Shown here: piece after piece, positions 43,031 to 51,429 of the stretch
How the letters are laid out: each line of letters starts with the position of its first letter
Position numbering within the stretch: position 1 is the first letter of the stretch
Origin: an uncultured SAR86 cluster bacterium
GTDB taxonomy: Bacteria; Pseudomonadota; Gammaproteobacteria; Magnimaribacterales; D2472
NCBI GenBank assembly: GCA_902517505.1
Contig: CABYCL010000002.1
Span: 1,941-65,940, forward strand
Length of the DNA stretch: 64,000 bases
Reading direction: 5' to 3'
Notes under the pieces: model-generated
The model's input: the letters and a program-made list of their open reading frames with translations, nothing else
What the model was told of the DNA's origin: nothing
Databases searched by the model: none
Program-made: the position numbers and the translations under genes

Positions 43031-44416
43031 ATGTTTTTTCATAGCACTAGAGGTAAAGATAAAGATAAGACCTTTGAACAAGTTCTAATGCAAGGACTTG
43101 CAGATGACGGAGGTTTGTTTATTCCAGATTCCTGGCCAAAAGTTGATATAGAAAAATTAAAAAAATTAGATACATTTTTAGATGTTGCTAAATATATAGT
43201 ACCAATGTTTACTTATTCATCTTTCACCGATCATGAGGTTGAGGAAGTGCTTAATAATACATGGCATGATTTTTCTCAAAAAGATTTTATTAAGATCTTT
43301 GACATTGATGAATCTACTTCAGTTTTAGAATTATTCCATGGTCCTACAGCTGCATTTAAGGATTTTGGTTTACAGTTAGCTGCAGCTTTTTTTAACAAGT
43401 CTCTTCAAGCTCAAAACAAAACAGCAGTTGTCTTTGGTGCAACTTCTGGTGATACAGGTTCTGCTGCTATTGATGCCTGTAAAGAATTTGAATCAATTAA
43501 AAGTTTTATTTTAATTCCTGATGGCAATATGTCTGAAATACAAAGAAAACAGATGACAACTGTAAATAAAAAAAATGTTTTTCCTATATTAGTTAGTGGA
43601 ACTTTTGATGATTGTCAGGATATTGTTAAAAAGGGGTTTAAAGAAAGAAATTTCTTAAGAGATGATCAATATCTCTTAGCAGTTAATTCTATAAACTGGG
43701 TGAGAATAATTGGTCAAATCTGTTATTATTTTTATGCATCGCTAAAAATTAATGCGTTATCAAACCCCTTAAATTTTTCAGTTCCAACAGGTAATTTTGG
43801 AAACGTATTTGCTTGTTATGCAGCTTCAAAAATGGGCATGCCCATAGGAAAGATCATTGTTGCAGTTAATAGCAATGATATCCTAGATCGATTTTTTAAA
43901 AAAAATGATTATTCAAAGAAAATTGTTTCTGAAACAATTTCTCCAAGTATGGATATAAGTGTTGCAAGTAATTTTGAAAGATTAATATATGATTTTTATT
44001 TAAACCGAAACAGTGAAGATTGTTCAAATCTATATAAACAATTTCCTAATCAAGGCATTAAAATTAATGATGCAATGTGGCAAAAATCAAGAGATTTATT
44101 TATGAGCTTTAGTATTGATGATGATTCAACTTTTGAATCTATGAAATTTTATAACAACAAACATCGCTACGTGATGGATCCTCATACAGCTGTTGCTGCA
44201 AAAGCTATAAACATCCTTAAAGACAAATTAAAAAATCAAACTGTCATTCTTTCAACAGCTCATCCAGCAAAATTTCCTAACGCTTTAAAAAAAGCTGACA
44301 TAAGCATTGATGAAATTCCAAATAATTTAAGAGAGGTCATTTCAAAGAAAGAAGTTGCAGTCCATTTAAGCGCCTCAGATGATTCAATTTTTAATTATAT
44401 TAAAGAAAATAATTAA
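43031..44416 (+). CDS. thrC: threonine synthase (long form)
   Basis: MFFHSTRG N-terminus and PLP-lysine motif HGPTAAFKDFG; 461 aa. Confidence 0.92.
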   Translation: MFFHSTRGKDKDKTFEQVLMQGLADDGGLFIPDSWPKVDIEKLKKLDTFLDVAKYIVPMFTYSSFTDHEVEEVLNNTWHDFSQKDFIKIFDIDESTSVLELFHGPTAAFKDFGLQLAAAFFNKSLQAQNKTAVVFGATSGDTGSAAIDACKEFESIKSFILIPDGNMSEIQRKQMTTVNKKNVFPILVSGTFDDCQDIVKKGFKERNFLRDDQYLLAVNSINWVRIIGQICYYFYASLKINALSNPLNFSVPTGNFGNVFACYAASKMGMPIGKIIVAVNSNDILDRFFKKNDYSKKIVSETISPSMDISVASNFERLIYDFYLNRNSEDCSNLYKQFPNQGIKINDAMWQKSRDLFMSFSIDDDSTFESMKFYNNKHRYVMDPHTAVAAKAINILKDKLKNQTVILSTAHPAKFPNALKKADISIDEIPNNLREVISKKEVAVHLSASDDSIFNYIKENN

Positions 44417-44418
44417 AT

Positions 44419-45516
44419 ATGGATATTAATGAACTAAAATCAAATTTATCTGATTTGGAAATTAGATTAAAAGATATTAAAGATAATGTTCTTTTGGTTG
44501 ATTCTAAAAAAGATAGACTAAATCAAATTGAAAGCGATCTTTCGGAAGAAGAGGTCTGGTCAGATTTAGAGCTTTCTCAAAAACTCAGCAAGGAAAAAAC
44601 TAGTATTGAAAAGGCACTAAATTCTTTTAATGAAGTTTCTAACAAATTATCTGACTCAATAGTCCTATTAGATGTTTCTATTGAAGAGAATGATGATTCT
44701 TCTTTAGAAGAAATCTTTAATGAAGTTAAAGATATAACATCATCTATTGAAGAACTTGAATTTAGTAGAATGTTTTCAAACAAAATGGATTCATCATCAG
44801 CATATATAGAGATTCAGTCTGGCTCAGGCGGAACTGAGGCGCAAGATTGGGCAGAAATGTTATTGCGAATGTACACGAAGTGGTCTGAGAATAGAGGCTT
44901 CTCCTCAGAATTAGTAGAAATATCTCATGGTGATGTTGCAGGAATAAAATCAGCATCATTGCACGTAGATGGAGACCATGCCTATGGATGGTTAAGGACT
45001 GAAACAGGTATACATAGATTGGTAAGAAAATCTCCTTTCGATTCTGGTAATAGAAGACATACTTCGTTCGCATCTGTTTTTATATCACCTGAGATTGATG
45101 AATCAATTGAAATAAATATTAATAAAGCTGATATAAGAACAGATACATATAGAGCTTCGGGGGCAGGAGGCCAGCATGTTAATAAAACAGATTCTGCCGT
45201 TAGACTGACTCACATACCATCAGGTGTAGTAGCTCAATCACAAAGCGATAGATCACAACATAAAAATAAAGAAAATGCATTAAAACAATTAAAATCCAAG
45301 CTTTACGAGTTAGAATTACAAAAACAGAATGAAGAACAACAAATTCTTGAGGATAGTAAGTCTGATATAGGATGGGGAAGTCAAATTAGATCTTACGTAT
45401 TAGATCAATCAAGAATTAAAGACTTAAGAACAAATTATGAAACAGGTAATACAACAGCAGTTTTAAATGGAGACTTAGATGATTTTATGAAATCATCATT
45501 AAAAGCAGGCGTATAA
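44419..45516 (+). CDS. prfB: peptide chain release factor 2, encoded without programmed +1 frameshift
   Basis: Uninterrupted 365-aa ORF with SPF tripeptide (RKSPFDS) and GGQ (SGAGGQHVN). The N-terminus aligns with E. coli RF2 across the usual frameshift position. Confidence 0.93.
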   Translation: MDINELKSNLSDLEIRLKDIKDNVLLVDSKKDRLNQIESDLSEEEVWSDLELSQKLSKEKTSIEKALNSFNEVSNKLSDSIVLLDVSIEENDDSSLEEIFNEVKDITSSIEELEFSRMFSNKMDSSSAYIEIQSGSGGTEAQDWAEMLLRMYTKWSENRGFSSELVEISHGDVAGIKSASLHVDGDHAYGWLRTETGIHRLVRKSPFDSGNRRHTSFASVFISPEIDESIEININKADIRTDTYRASGAGGQHVNKTDSAVRLTHIPSGVVAQSQSDRSQHKNKENALKQLKSKLYELELQKQNEEQQILEDSKSDIGWGSQIRSYVLDQSRIKDLRTNYETGNTTAVLNGDLDDFMKSSLKAGV

Positions 45517-47007
45517 ATGGATAAAGATAATTTCAGCGGTGAAAAAGCGCTAATTGACGAAAGAAGGAAAAAACTAGAACAGCTTAGGAATAAGGGTAAT
45601 GCTTATGGTAATTCTTTTAAGCCTGAGAACAATGCTAAAGATCTTCATGAGAAGTATGGTGAATTTTCCAAAGAGGAGCTGGTTGAGAAAAAAATAAAAG
45701 ATATTTCAGTTGCTGGCCGTATTGTTTTAAAAAGAGTTATGGGAAATGCTAGCTTTGCAACTTTAAGAGATTCTTCTGGCGATATTCAAATATATGTTAC
45801 TAAAAACAATGTAGAAGAAAGTGTATATGAGGATTTTAAAACCTGGGATCTTGGAGACATTGTTGGAGTTTCAGGTACTCTTTTCAGAACTAAAACTGAT
45901 GAACTGACAATAGATGTTTGGGATTTAGAGATGATTACAAAATCATTAAGACCAATGCCAGAAAAATTTAAAGGATTAACTGATATTGAAGCAAGATATA
46001 GACAAAGATATCTTGATCTTATGACTAATAATGATACAAAAGAAGTTTTTATTAAAAGAACAAAAATTATAGATTCTATGAGAAAAAAAATGAATGATTG
46101 TGGTTATCTTGAGGTTGAAACGCCCATGATGCATCCTTTAGCAGGAGGGGCAGTCGCGAGACCATTTATAACTCAACATAATGCTTTAGGCCAAGATCTT
46201 TACCTAAGAATAGCTCCGGAGCTTTATTTAAAAAGACTTTTGGTAGGTGGATTTGAGAGAGTTTTTGAGATTAATAGAAGTTTCAGAAATGAAGGCTTAT
46301 CAACTAAACATAATCCTGAATTTACTATGATGGAATGGTATGAAGCATATGCTAGCATGCAAGATCAAATGGATTTAACTAAAGATATCATCTTAAGTGC
46401 TGCTGCAGCTGCTGGGTGTGACTCAAAAATTGAGTGGGGCGATACAAATATTAATCTAAGCAACTTTAAACAAGCTACATTATCAGAATTAGTTATAGAG
46501 TATAACAAAGATATTTCTAGAAATGATTTAGACAATAAAAAGAAATTAGAAGAATTTCTAAAAAATAAAAAAATTAAAATAGAAAAAAATTGGGGTACTG
46601 GAAGGATGATCCTAGAAGTTTTTGAAGAAACCGTTGAGGATAAACTAATAGATCCAACTTTTGTTACAGAGTATCCTGTCGAGGTCTCACCATTATCAAG
46701 AAGAAATACAGAAAATCCTGATTATGCAGATAGATTTGAGTTATTTATTGGTGGAAAAGAATTTGCTAACGGATTTTGTGAACTTAATGATCCTGATGAT
46801 CAAGCCTCAAGATTTGAAGATCAGGTTGCTGCCAAAGATTCTGGCGATAAAGAGGCAATGGATTATGATCATGATTACATAACTGCATTGGAGCATGGCA
46901 TGCCTCCAGCTGTAGGTGTGGGTATGGGAGTAGATAGGTTGGTTATGTTATTAACTAATCAATCATCAATAAGAGATGTTTTATTATTTCCACAATTAAA
47001 GTCTTAG
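45517..47007 (+). CDS. lysS: lysine--tRNA ligase (class II)
   Basis: OB-fold N-terminal domain, FRNEG motif 2, and GMGVDRLVMLLT motif 3; prfB-lysS synteny. Confidence 0.95.
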   Translation: MDKDNFSGEKALIDERRKKLEQLRNKGNAYGNSFKPENNAKDLHEKYGEFSKEELVEKKIKDISVAGRIVLKRVMGNASFATLRDSSGDIQIYVTKNNVEESVYEDFKTWDLGDIVGVSGTLFRTKTDELTIDVWDLEMITKSLRPMPEKFKGLTDIEARYRQRYLDLMTNNDTKEVFIKRTKIIDSMRKKMNDCGYLEVETPMMHPLAGGAVARPFITQHNALGQDLYLRIAPELYLKRLLVGGFERVFEINRSFRNEGLSTKHNPEFTMMEWYEAYASMQDQMDLTKDIILSAAAAAGCDSKIEWGDTNINLSNFKQATLSELVIEYNKDISRNDLDNKKKLEEFLKNKKIKIEKNWGTGRMILEVFEETVEDKLIDPTFVTEYPVEVSPLSRRNTENPDYADRFELFIGGKEFANGFCELNDPDDQASRFEDQVAAKDSGDKEAMDYDHDYITALEHGMPPAVGVGMGVDRLVMLLTNQSSIRDVLLFPQLKS

Positions 47008-47013
47008 AAACAA

Positions 47014-47475
47014 TCACCATCTAAATTTATCAAAATTTTCTGGATTGGCCCAACCTTTAGGATTATTCCAAGCTCTTTTGTTGTTGTATGTCTTTAAATT
47101 ATAGGAATAGCATTTTAGCTTATTAGTTTTATCTCTTAATTCAGTTTGAAGACCTAGCTTTAACATAGTTTCGTCTATTATTTTATCGTTTATAAAATCA
47201 GTGAAAATTACAATTTTTTGACTGATAAGATTTTTTACAGTGCCTATGTCAGCTTCTGAGAATTCCACATCATCTAAGATTATAAATAAATCAAAATTTT
47301 CAGTTGATATGTTTTTGGTATCAGGACCAATTGATAAAGTCTCAATATCTAATTTTTCAATTCTCTTTAAAAGTTTTGAAATATCAAGTTTTGTTTGAAT
47401 AAAAACATGACGTGGTTTTTCATCTTCAATAATATTTGCTATATAACTAAAGAGAATTTTTTCTTTTTTTATCAT
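47014..47475 (-). CDS. hypothetical protein (153 aa) with Trp/Asn-rich C-terminal tail
   Basis: Clean ORF whose ATG forms an ATGA overlap with the mdh stop. The C-terminus is KRAWNNPKGWANPENFDKFRW. I do not recognise a family with confidence. Confidence 0.55.
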   Translation of the reverse strand: MIKKEKILFSYIANIIEDEKPRHVFIQTKLDISKLLKRIEKLDIETLSIGPDTKNISTENFDLFIILDDVEFSEADIGTVKNLISQKIVIFTDFINDKIIDETMLKLGLQTELRDKTNKLKCYSYNLKTYNNKRAWNNPKGWANPENFDKFRW

Positions 47476-48470
47476 TTCATTAGATGTTTTACAGCCTCTC
47501 TTTCAGAGATTAACTCATCTATTGATATTTTGAATTTTGACTTTGCAAAGTCTGAAAGAGATATATCTCTTTTAATTTCAATAGTACCATCATCTAGAGT
47601 TATTAAAGGATAACCACAAATGAGGCCTTCTGGGACATCATATGAGCCATCACTTGCAATTGCTGCGCTGAAACATTCTCCAGATACTGCAGGACTTTCA
47701 GAGGCAATTACCGTATCAATAGCTGCCTTGGCAGCAGAAGTGGCTGAAGATGCGCCCCTTGCATCTATCACTGCCTTACCTCGTTGTTGAACAGTTGGAA
47801 TGAAATCAGACTCTATCCATTCCATATCATTGATTATAGAACTTCCTAGTTCACCGTTGATAACTACATTTTCTGCATCTGGATACATTGTTGGGCTATG
47901 ATTACCCCAAATAATCATATTAGAGACATCTGAAATATTATTATTAGTTTTCTTTGCAATAACTGATTTTGCCCTATTTGAATCTAGCATAGTCATTGCC
48001 AACCAAGTTTGAGAGTTATTATTTGCAGCATCTTTTCCAATTAAAGCATTTGTATTAGCAGGATTTCCAACCACAAGTATTTTTGCATTCTCTTTTCCAT
48101 AAGCGCCAATTGCTTTACCCTGATCAACAAAAATTCCACCATTAATACTCAAAAGATCTGATCTTTCTTCTATTTTTTTACCGTTGTAAACTATTCCTCT
48201 TGGAATGCTTCCAACCAGGAGAAACCAGTCCGCATCTTTTGATGCTTCTTCAAAGTTGTCTGTATAAGTAACGTCCCCCATATTTGGAAAGTATGAATCT
48301 TCTAATTCCATTACTAGTCCCTCAAGTTTGCTTACAACTTGAGGAATTTCAACCAATGACAAATCAACTTTTTTATTTCCAAATGTTTTCCCATCAACCA
48401 GTCTTGGAATTAATGAATATGCGATTTGACCAGCTGCTCCTGTAACTACAACTTTTACTGATGAACTCAT
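47472..48470 (-). CDS. mdh: malate dehydrogenase (LDH-like / Thermus-cytosolic type)
   Basis: VKVVVTGAAGQIAYSL N-terminus, VGNPANTNA, and IWGNHS catalytic His region. Confidence 0.9.
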   Translation of the reverse strand: MSSSVKVVVTGAAGQIAYSLIPRLVDGKTFGNKKVDLSLVEIPQVVSKLEGLVMELEDSYFPNMGDVTYTDNFEEASKDADWFLLVGSIPRGIVYNGKKIEERSDLLSINGGIFVDQGKAIGAYGKENAKILVVGNPANTNALIGKDAANNNSQTWLAMTMLDSNRAKSVIAKKTNNNISDVSNMIIWGNHSPTMYPDAENVVINGELGSSIINDMEWIESDFIPTVQQRGKAVIDARGASSATSAAKAAIDTVIASESPAVSGECFSAAIASDGSYDVPEGLICGYPLITLDDGTIEIKRDISLSDFAKSKFKISIDELISEREAVKHLMK

Positions 48471-48621
48471 TTATATCCTCTTAAAAAATATATTAATTGA
48501 TAATTATATTCCTAAATTAATATCTAAACCTTATTTTTGTTTCATAGTAAATATATTTTTTTTTGATTAAAATATATTTTGTTTCTATAGATAATTTCAA
48601 ACCAAATTCGGAGAAAAAGAT

Positions 48622-49521
48622 ATGGGTATTAGATTTGATGACAAAGTGGCAATTGTTACCGGTGCAGGAGGTGGTATCGGCAAAGAACATGCTCTAGAAC
48701 TTGCTAAAAGAGGTGCTAAGGTAGTAGTGAATGATCTTGGTAGTAATGTTGATGGCAGCGGGGCCAGTGATGCAGCAAATGAAGTTGTAGAACTTATCAA
48801 ATCAGAAGGAGGAGAAGCTATTTCTAATGGAGCTAGCGTAACAGACTTAGTTGCAGTGAAGGCTATGGTCAATAAGACTATGGAGGAGTGGGGAAGAATA
48901 GATATCTTAGTAAATAATGCTGGAATCCTCAGAGACAAAAGTTTTCACAAGGTCACTTTAGAGGATTTTAAACTAGTAATGGATGTTCATTTTCAGGGCA
49001 GCTTAAATTGTACTCATACCATTTATCCCATAATGCGGGAGCAAGAATATGGACGTATTATTTTTACTAGCTCTGCAAGTGGTGTATATGGGAACTTTGG
49101 ACAAACTAATTATGGCTCTGCAAAAATGGCTATGATTGGCCTAATGAATACACTTAAGCTTGAAGGACAAAATAAAAATATATTTACTAACTCAATTACT
49201 CCTGTTGCCTACACAAGGATGACAGAAGGATTAATACCTGAAGATTTTGGAAAAAACTTAAGTTCTGAATTTATTACGCCTGCTGTAATTTATCTAGCCA
49301 GTGAAGAAGCTCCTAACGGAGTAACAATAGCAGCGGGTGCAGGCGTATTTTCAAGAATTTTTATACATGAAACTATGGGAGTTTCTCTAGGAATGGGTGA
49401 AGACATGACACCTGAAAATATACATGCAAATTGGGATAAGATCTCTGATATGAATGAAGCTAGAGCTCTTCAAAATGGAGGAGAGCAAACCCTAAAGTTT
49501 TTTGAGCTTATTAATAAATAG
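48622..49521 (+). CDS. short-chain dehydrogenase/reductase (MFE-2 / 3-hydroxyacyl-CoA dehydrogenase-like)
   Basis: TGAGGGIG cofactor motif, NNAGI, and the catalytic YGSAK. Confidence 0.8.
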   Translation: MGIRFDDKVAIVTGAGGGIGKEHALELAKRGAKVVVNDLGSNVDGSGASDAANEVVELIKSEGGEAISNGASVTDLVAVKAMVNKTMEEWGRIDILVNNAGILRDKSFHKVTLEDFKLVMDVHFQGSLNCTHTIYPIMREQEYGRIIFTSSASGVYGNFGQTNYGSAKMAMIGLMNTLKLEGQNKNIFTNSITPVAYTRMTEGLIPEDFGKNLSSEFITPAVIYLASEEAPNGVTIAAGAGVFSRIFIHETMGVSLGMGEDMTPENIHANWDKISDMNEARALQNGGEQTLKFFELINK

Positions 49522-49528
49522 CTTATGT

Positions 49529-50140
49529 TTAGGCAGAAAAGCTTGGCCTAGAAGTTATATTATTTATATATGCTGAAAGATTCTGATAATCATTAATATC
49601 AATTCTATTTAAACGAACTAGAAACTGAAGAGAAACAGCAGCTTGTATGTCAGCATATGAAAATTTATTACACGCTATAAATTCTTTATTTAATATTAGT
49701 TTGTCAAAATATTGCAAAGATTTAACAGCTAGTTCTCTTTGAGCTAAGCCAAAATCATTATTTTGATTTTCAAGGGCGCTCATATGAGGGTGAGTATGAC
49801 GAAAGCCATGCATCAGAGGCATCATTAATTCAAATGAAATTCTTGAATACCACATTTCAATTTGTGCAATTTCTTCCGGATTTTCTCCAAACATATTTGG
49901 ATCAGGGTGCAAACATTCTAGATATCTACATATAGCAGTAGTTTCTAAAATTACATTATCATTATCTAATACTAATGCTGGTATTCTTGAGTTTGGAGCA
50001 ATTCTCTTATATTCATCTGTCTTATGCTCCATCTTCCCAATATCAAGGTCTTTAACCTCAATATCTTTAATACCTTTTTCTGATATAAAGACAAGAACCT
50101 TTTTAGGACTCGGAGCAACTGGACTTGAATATAACTTCAA
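49529..50140 (-). CDS. glutathione S-transferase family protein
   Basis: Thioredoxin-like N-domain with RIPALVLDN...ILETTAICRYLE, and a helical C-domain. Confidence 0.75.
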   Translation of the reverse strand: MKLYSSPVAPSPKKVLVFISEKGIKDIEVKDLDIGKMEHKTDEYKRIAPNSRIPALVLDNDNVILETTAICRYLECLHPDPNMFGENPEEIAQIEMWYSRISFELMMPLMHGFRHTHPHMSALENQNNDFGLAQRELAVKSLQYFDKLILNKEFIACNKFSYADIQAAVSLQFLVRLNRIDINDYQNLSAYINNITSRPSFSA

Positions 50141-50143
50141 GTT

Positions 50144-51412
50144 TTATTCCCAGTTAAGTGCGCCACCAACTTGATATTCAGTAACTCTTGTTTCAAAGAA
50201 ATTTTTCTCTTTTCTTAAATCAATAATTTCTGACATCCAAGGGAAGGGGTTTGTTACTCCTGTGAATTCTTCATCAAGGCCTAATTGAGTAAGTCTTCTG
50301 TTAGCAATAAACTTAAGATATTCTTCCATCATTGATGCATTCATACCAAGAACACCTCTAGGCATAGTGTCTCTTGCATATTGGATTTCAAGCTCAGTGC
50401 CTTCTAATATCATTTGAGCAGCATCAGCTTTCATTTGGTCATCCCAAAGATGGGGGTTTTCAATCTTAATTTGGTTGATAACATCGATTCCAAAATTAAC
50501 ATGCATCGACTCATCTCGAAGAATATATTGAAATTGTTCCGCGGTACCAGTCATTTTATTCCTTCTTCCCATAGAGAGTATTTGTGTAAAACCACAATAA
50601 AAGAAAATTCCTTCTAATACACAATAAAAGGCAATAAGATTTTTTAACAGTTGTTTATCTGTTTCTTCTGTTCCTGTTTTAAAATCAGGATCAGAGATTT
50701 CTTGAGTATATTTAAGGCCCCATGAAGCTTTTCTGGCAACACAAGGTATTTCTCTATACATGTTGAAGATTTCTCCCTCATCCATTCCTAATGACTCTAT
50801 ACAATATTGATAAGCATGGGTATGAATTGCTTCTTCTAAGCTTTGTCTTAATATATATTGTCTGCATTCTGGATTTGTAATCAATCTATATAATGCAAGA
50901 ACAAGATTGTTTGCTACAAGAGAATCGGCTGTTGAAAAGAAACCAAGATTTCTTTTTACAATTACTCTTTCATCTTCAGTTAACCCATCTTCTGACTTCC
51001 ACAACACAATATCATTTGTCATATTGATTTCTTGAGGCATCCAATGATTAGCACTACCGTCAAGATATTTTTGCCATGCCCAGTCATATTTGAATGGAAC
51101 CAGCTGATTAAGGTCAGCTTTGCAATTAATCATCATTTTTTGATCAACTTGGACTCGACCAGCATTTGCCATCATTTCATCAAGCTCTTCATTGCCTGCC
51201 TTTTCATCTATTGCATTTACAGCTTTTCTTGCAGCTTCTGCTCTTGAACCTTCTCCAATGTTAGATGATTCACTAGATGCTGTTGGCTCAGACTGTTGCG
51301 GAGGTTCTGGTTGTTGTGCCTCTGTTGAAGGTGCTAACGTTTCTTCTTTTACTTTTGAAGTAACAGGAGGGCTCACAGCCTCTTCTTTTCCATATTCATC
51401 CCAATTTAACAT
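50144..51412 (-). CDS. nrdB: class Ia ribonucleotide reductase beta subunit
   Basis: Diiron/tyrosyl ligand blocks ([22 protein letters not shown]). The N-terminal disordered extension resembles that of Pseudomonas-type NrdB. Confidence 0.93.
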   Translation of the reverse strand: MLNWDEYGKEEAVSPPVTSKVKEETLAPSTEAQQPEPPQQSEPTASSESSNIGEGSRAEAARKAVNAIDEKAGNEELDEMMANAGRVQVDQKMMINCKADLNQLVPFKYDWAWQKYLDGSANHWMPQEINMTNDIVLWKSEDGLTEDERVIVKRNLGFFSTADSLVANNLVLALYRLITNPECRQYILRQSLEEAIHTHAYQYCIESLGMDEGEIFNMYREIPCVARKASWGLKYTQEISDPDFKTGTEETDKQLLKNLIAFYCVLEGIFFYCGFTQILSMGRRNKMTGTAEQFQYILRDESMHVNFGIDVINQIKIENPHLWDDQMKADAAQMILEGTELEIQYARDTMPRGVLGMNASMMEEYLKFIANRRLTQLGLDEEFTGVTNPFPWMSEIIDLRKEKNFFETRVTEYQVGGALNWE

Positions 51413-51429
51413 TTCTTTCTCCTTTTAAA

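Noticed and set aside
44419-44520. A hidden prfB frameshift or pseudogene
   Set aside because: I looked for an in-frame TGA near codon 26 and found none. The ORF is continuous and full length with intact SPF and GGQ motifs, so this is a genuine unshifted prfB.
51200-51412. GC-rich, low-complexity N-terminal extension of NrdB as a foreign insertion
   Set aside because: The MLxWDE(Y/F)xKE start, followed by a disordered P/E/Q/A-rich stretch before the conserved [22 protein letters not shown] block, matches what I recall of Pseudomonas-type class Ia NrdB. It is a family feature rather than an anomaly.
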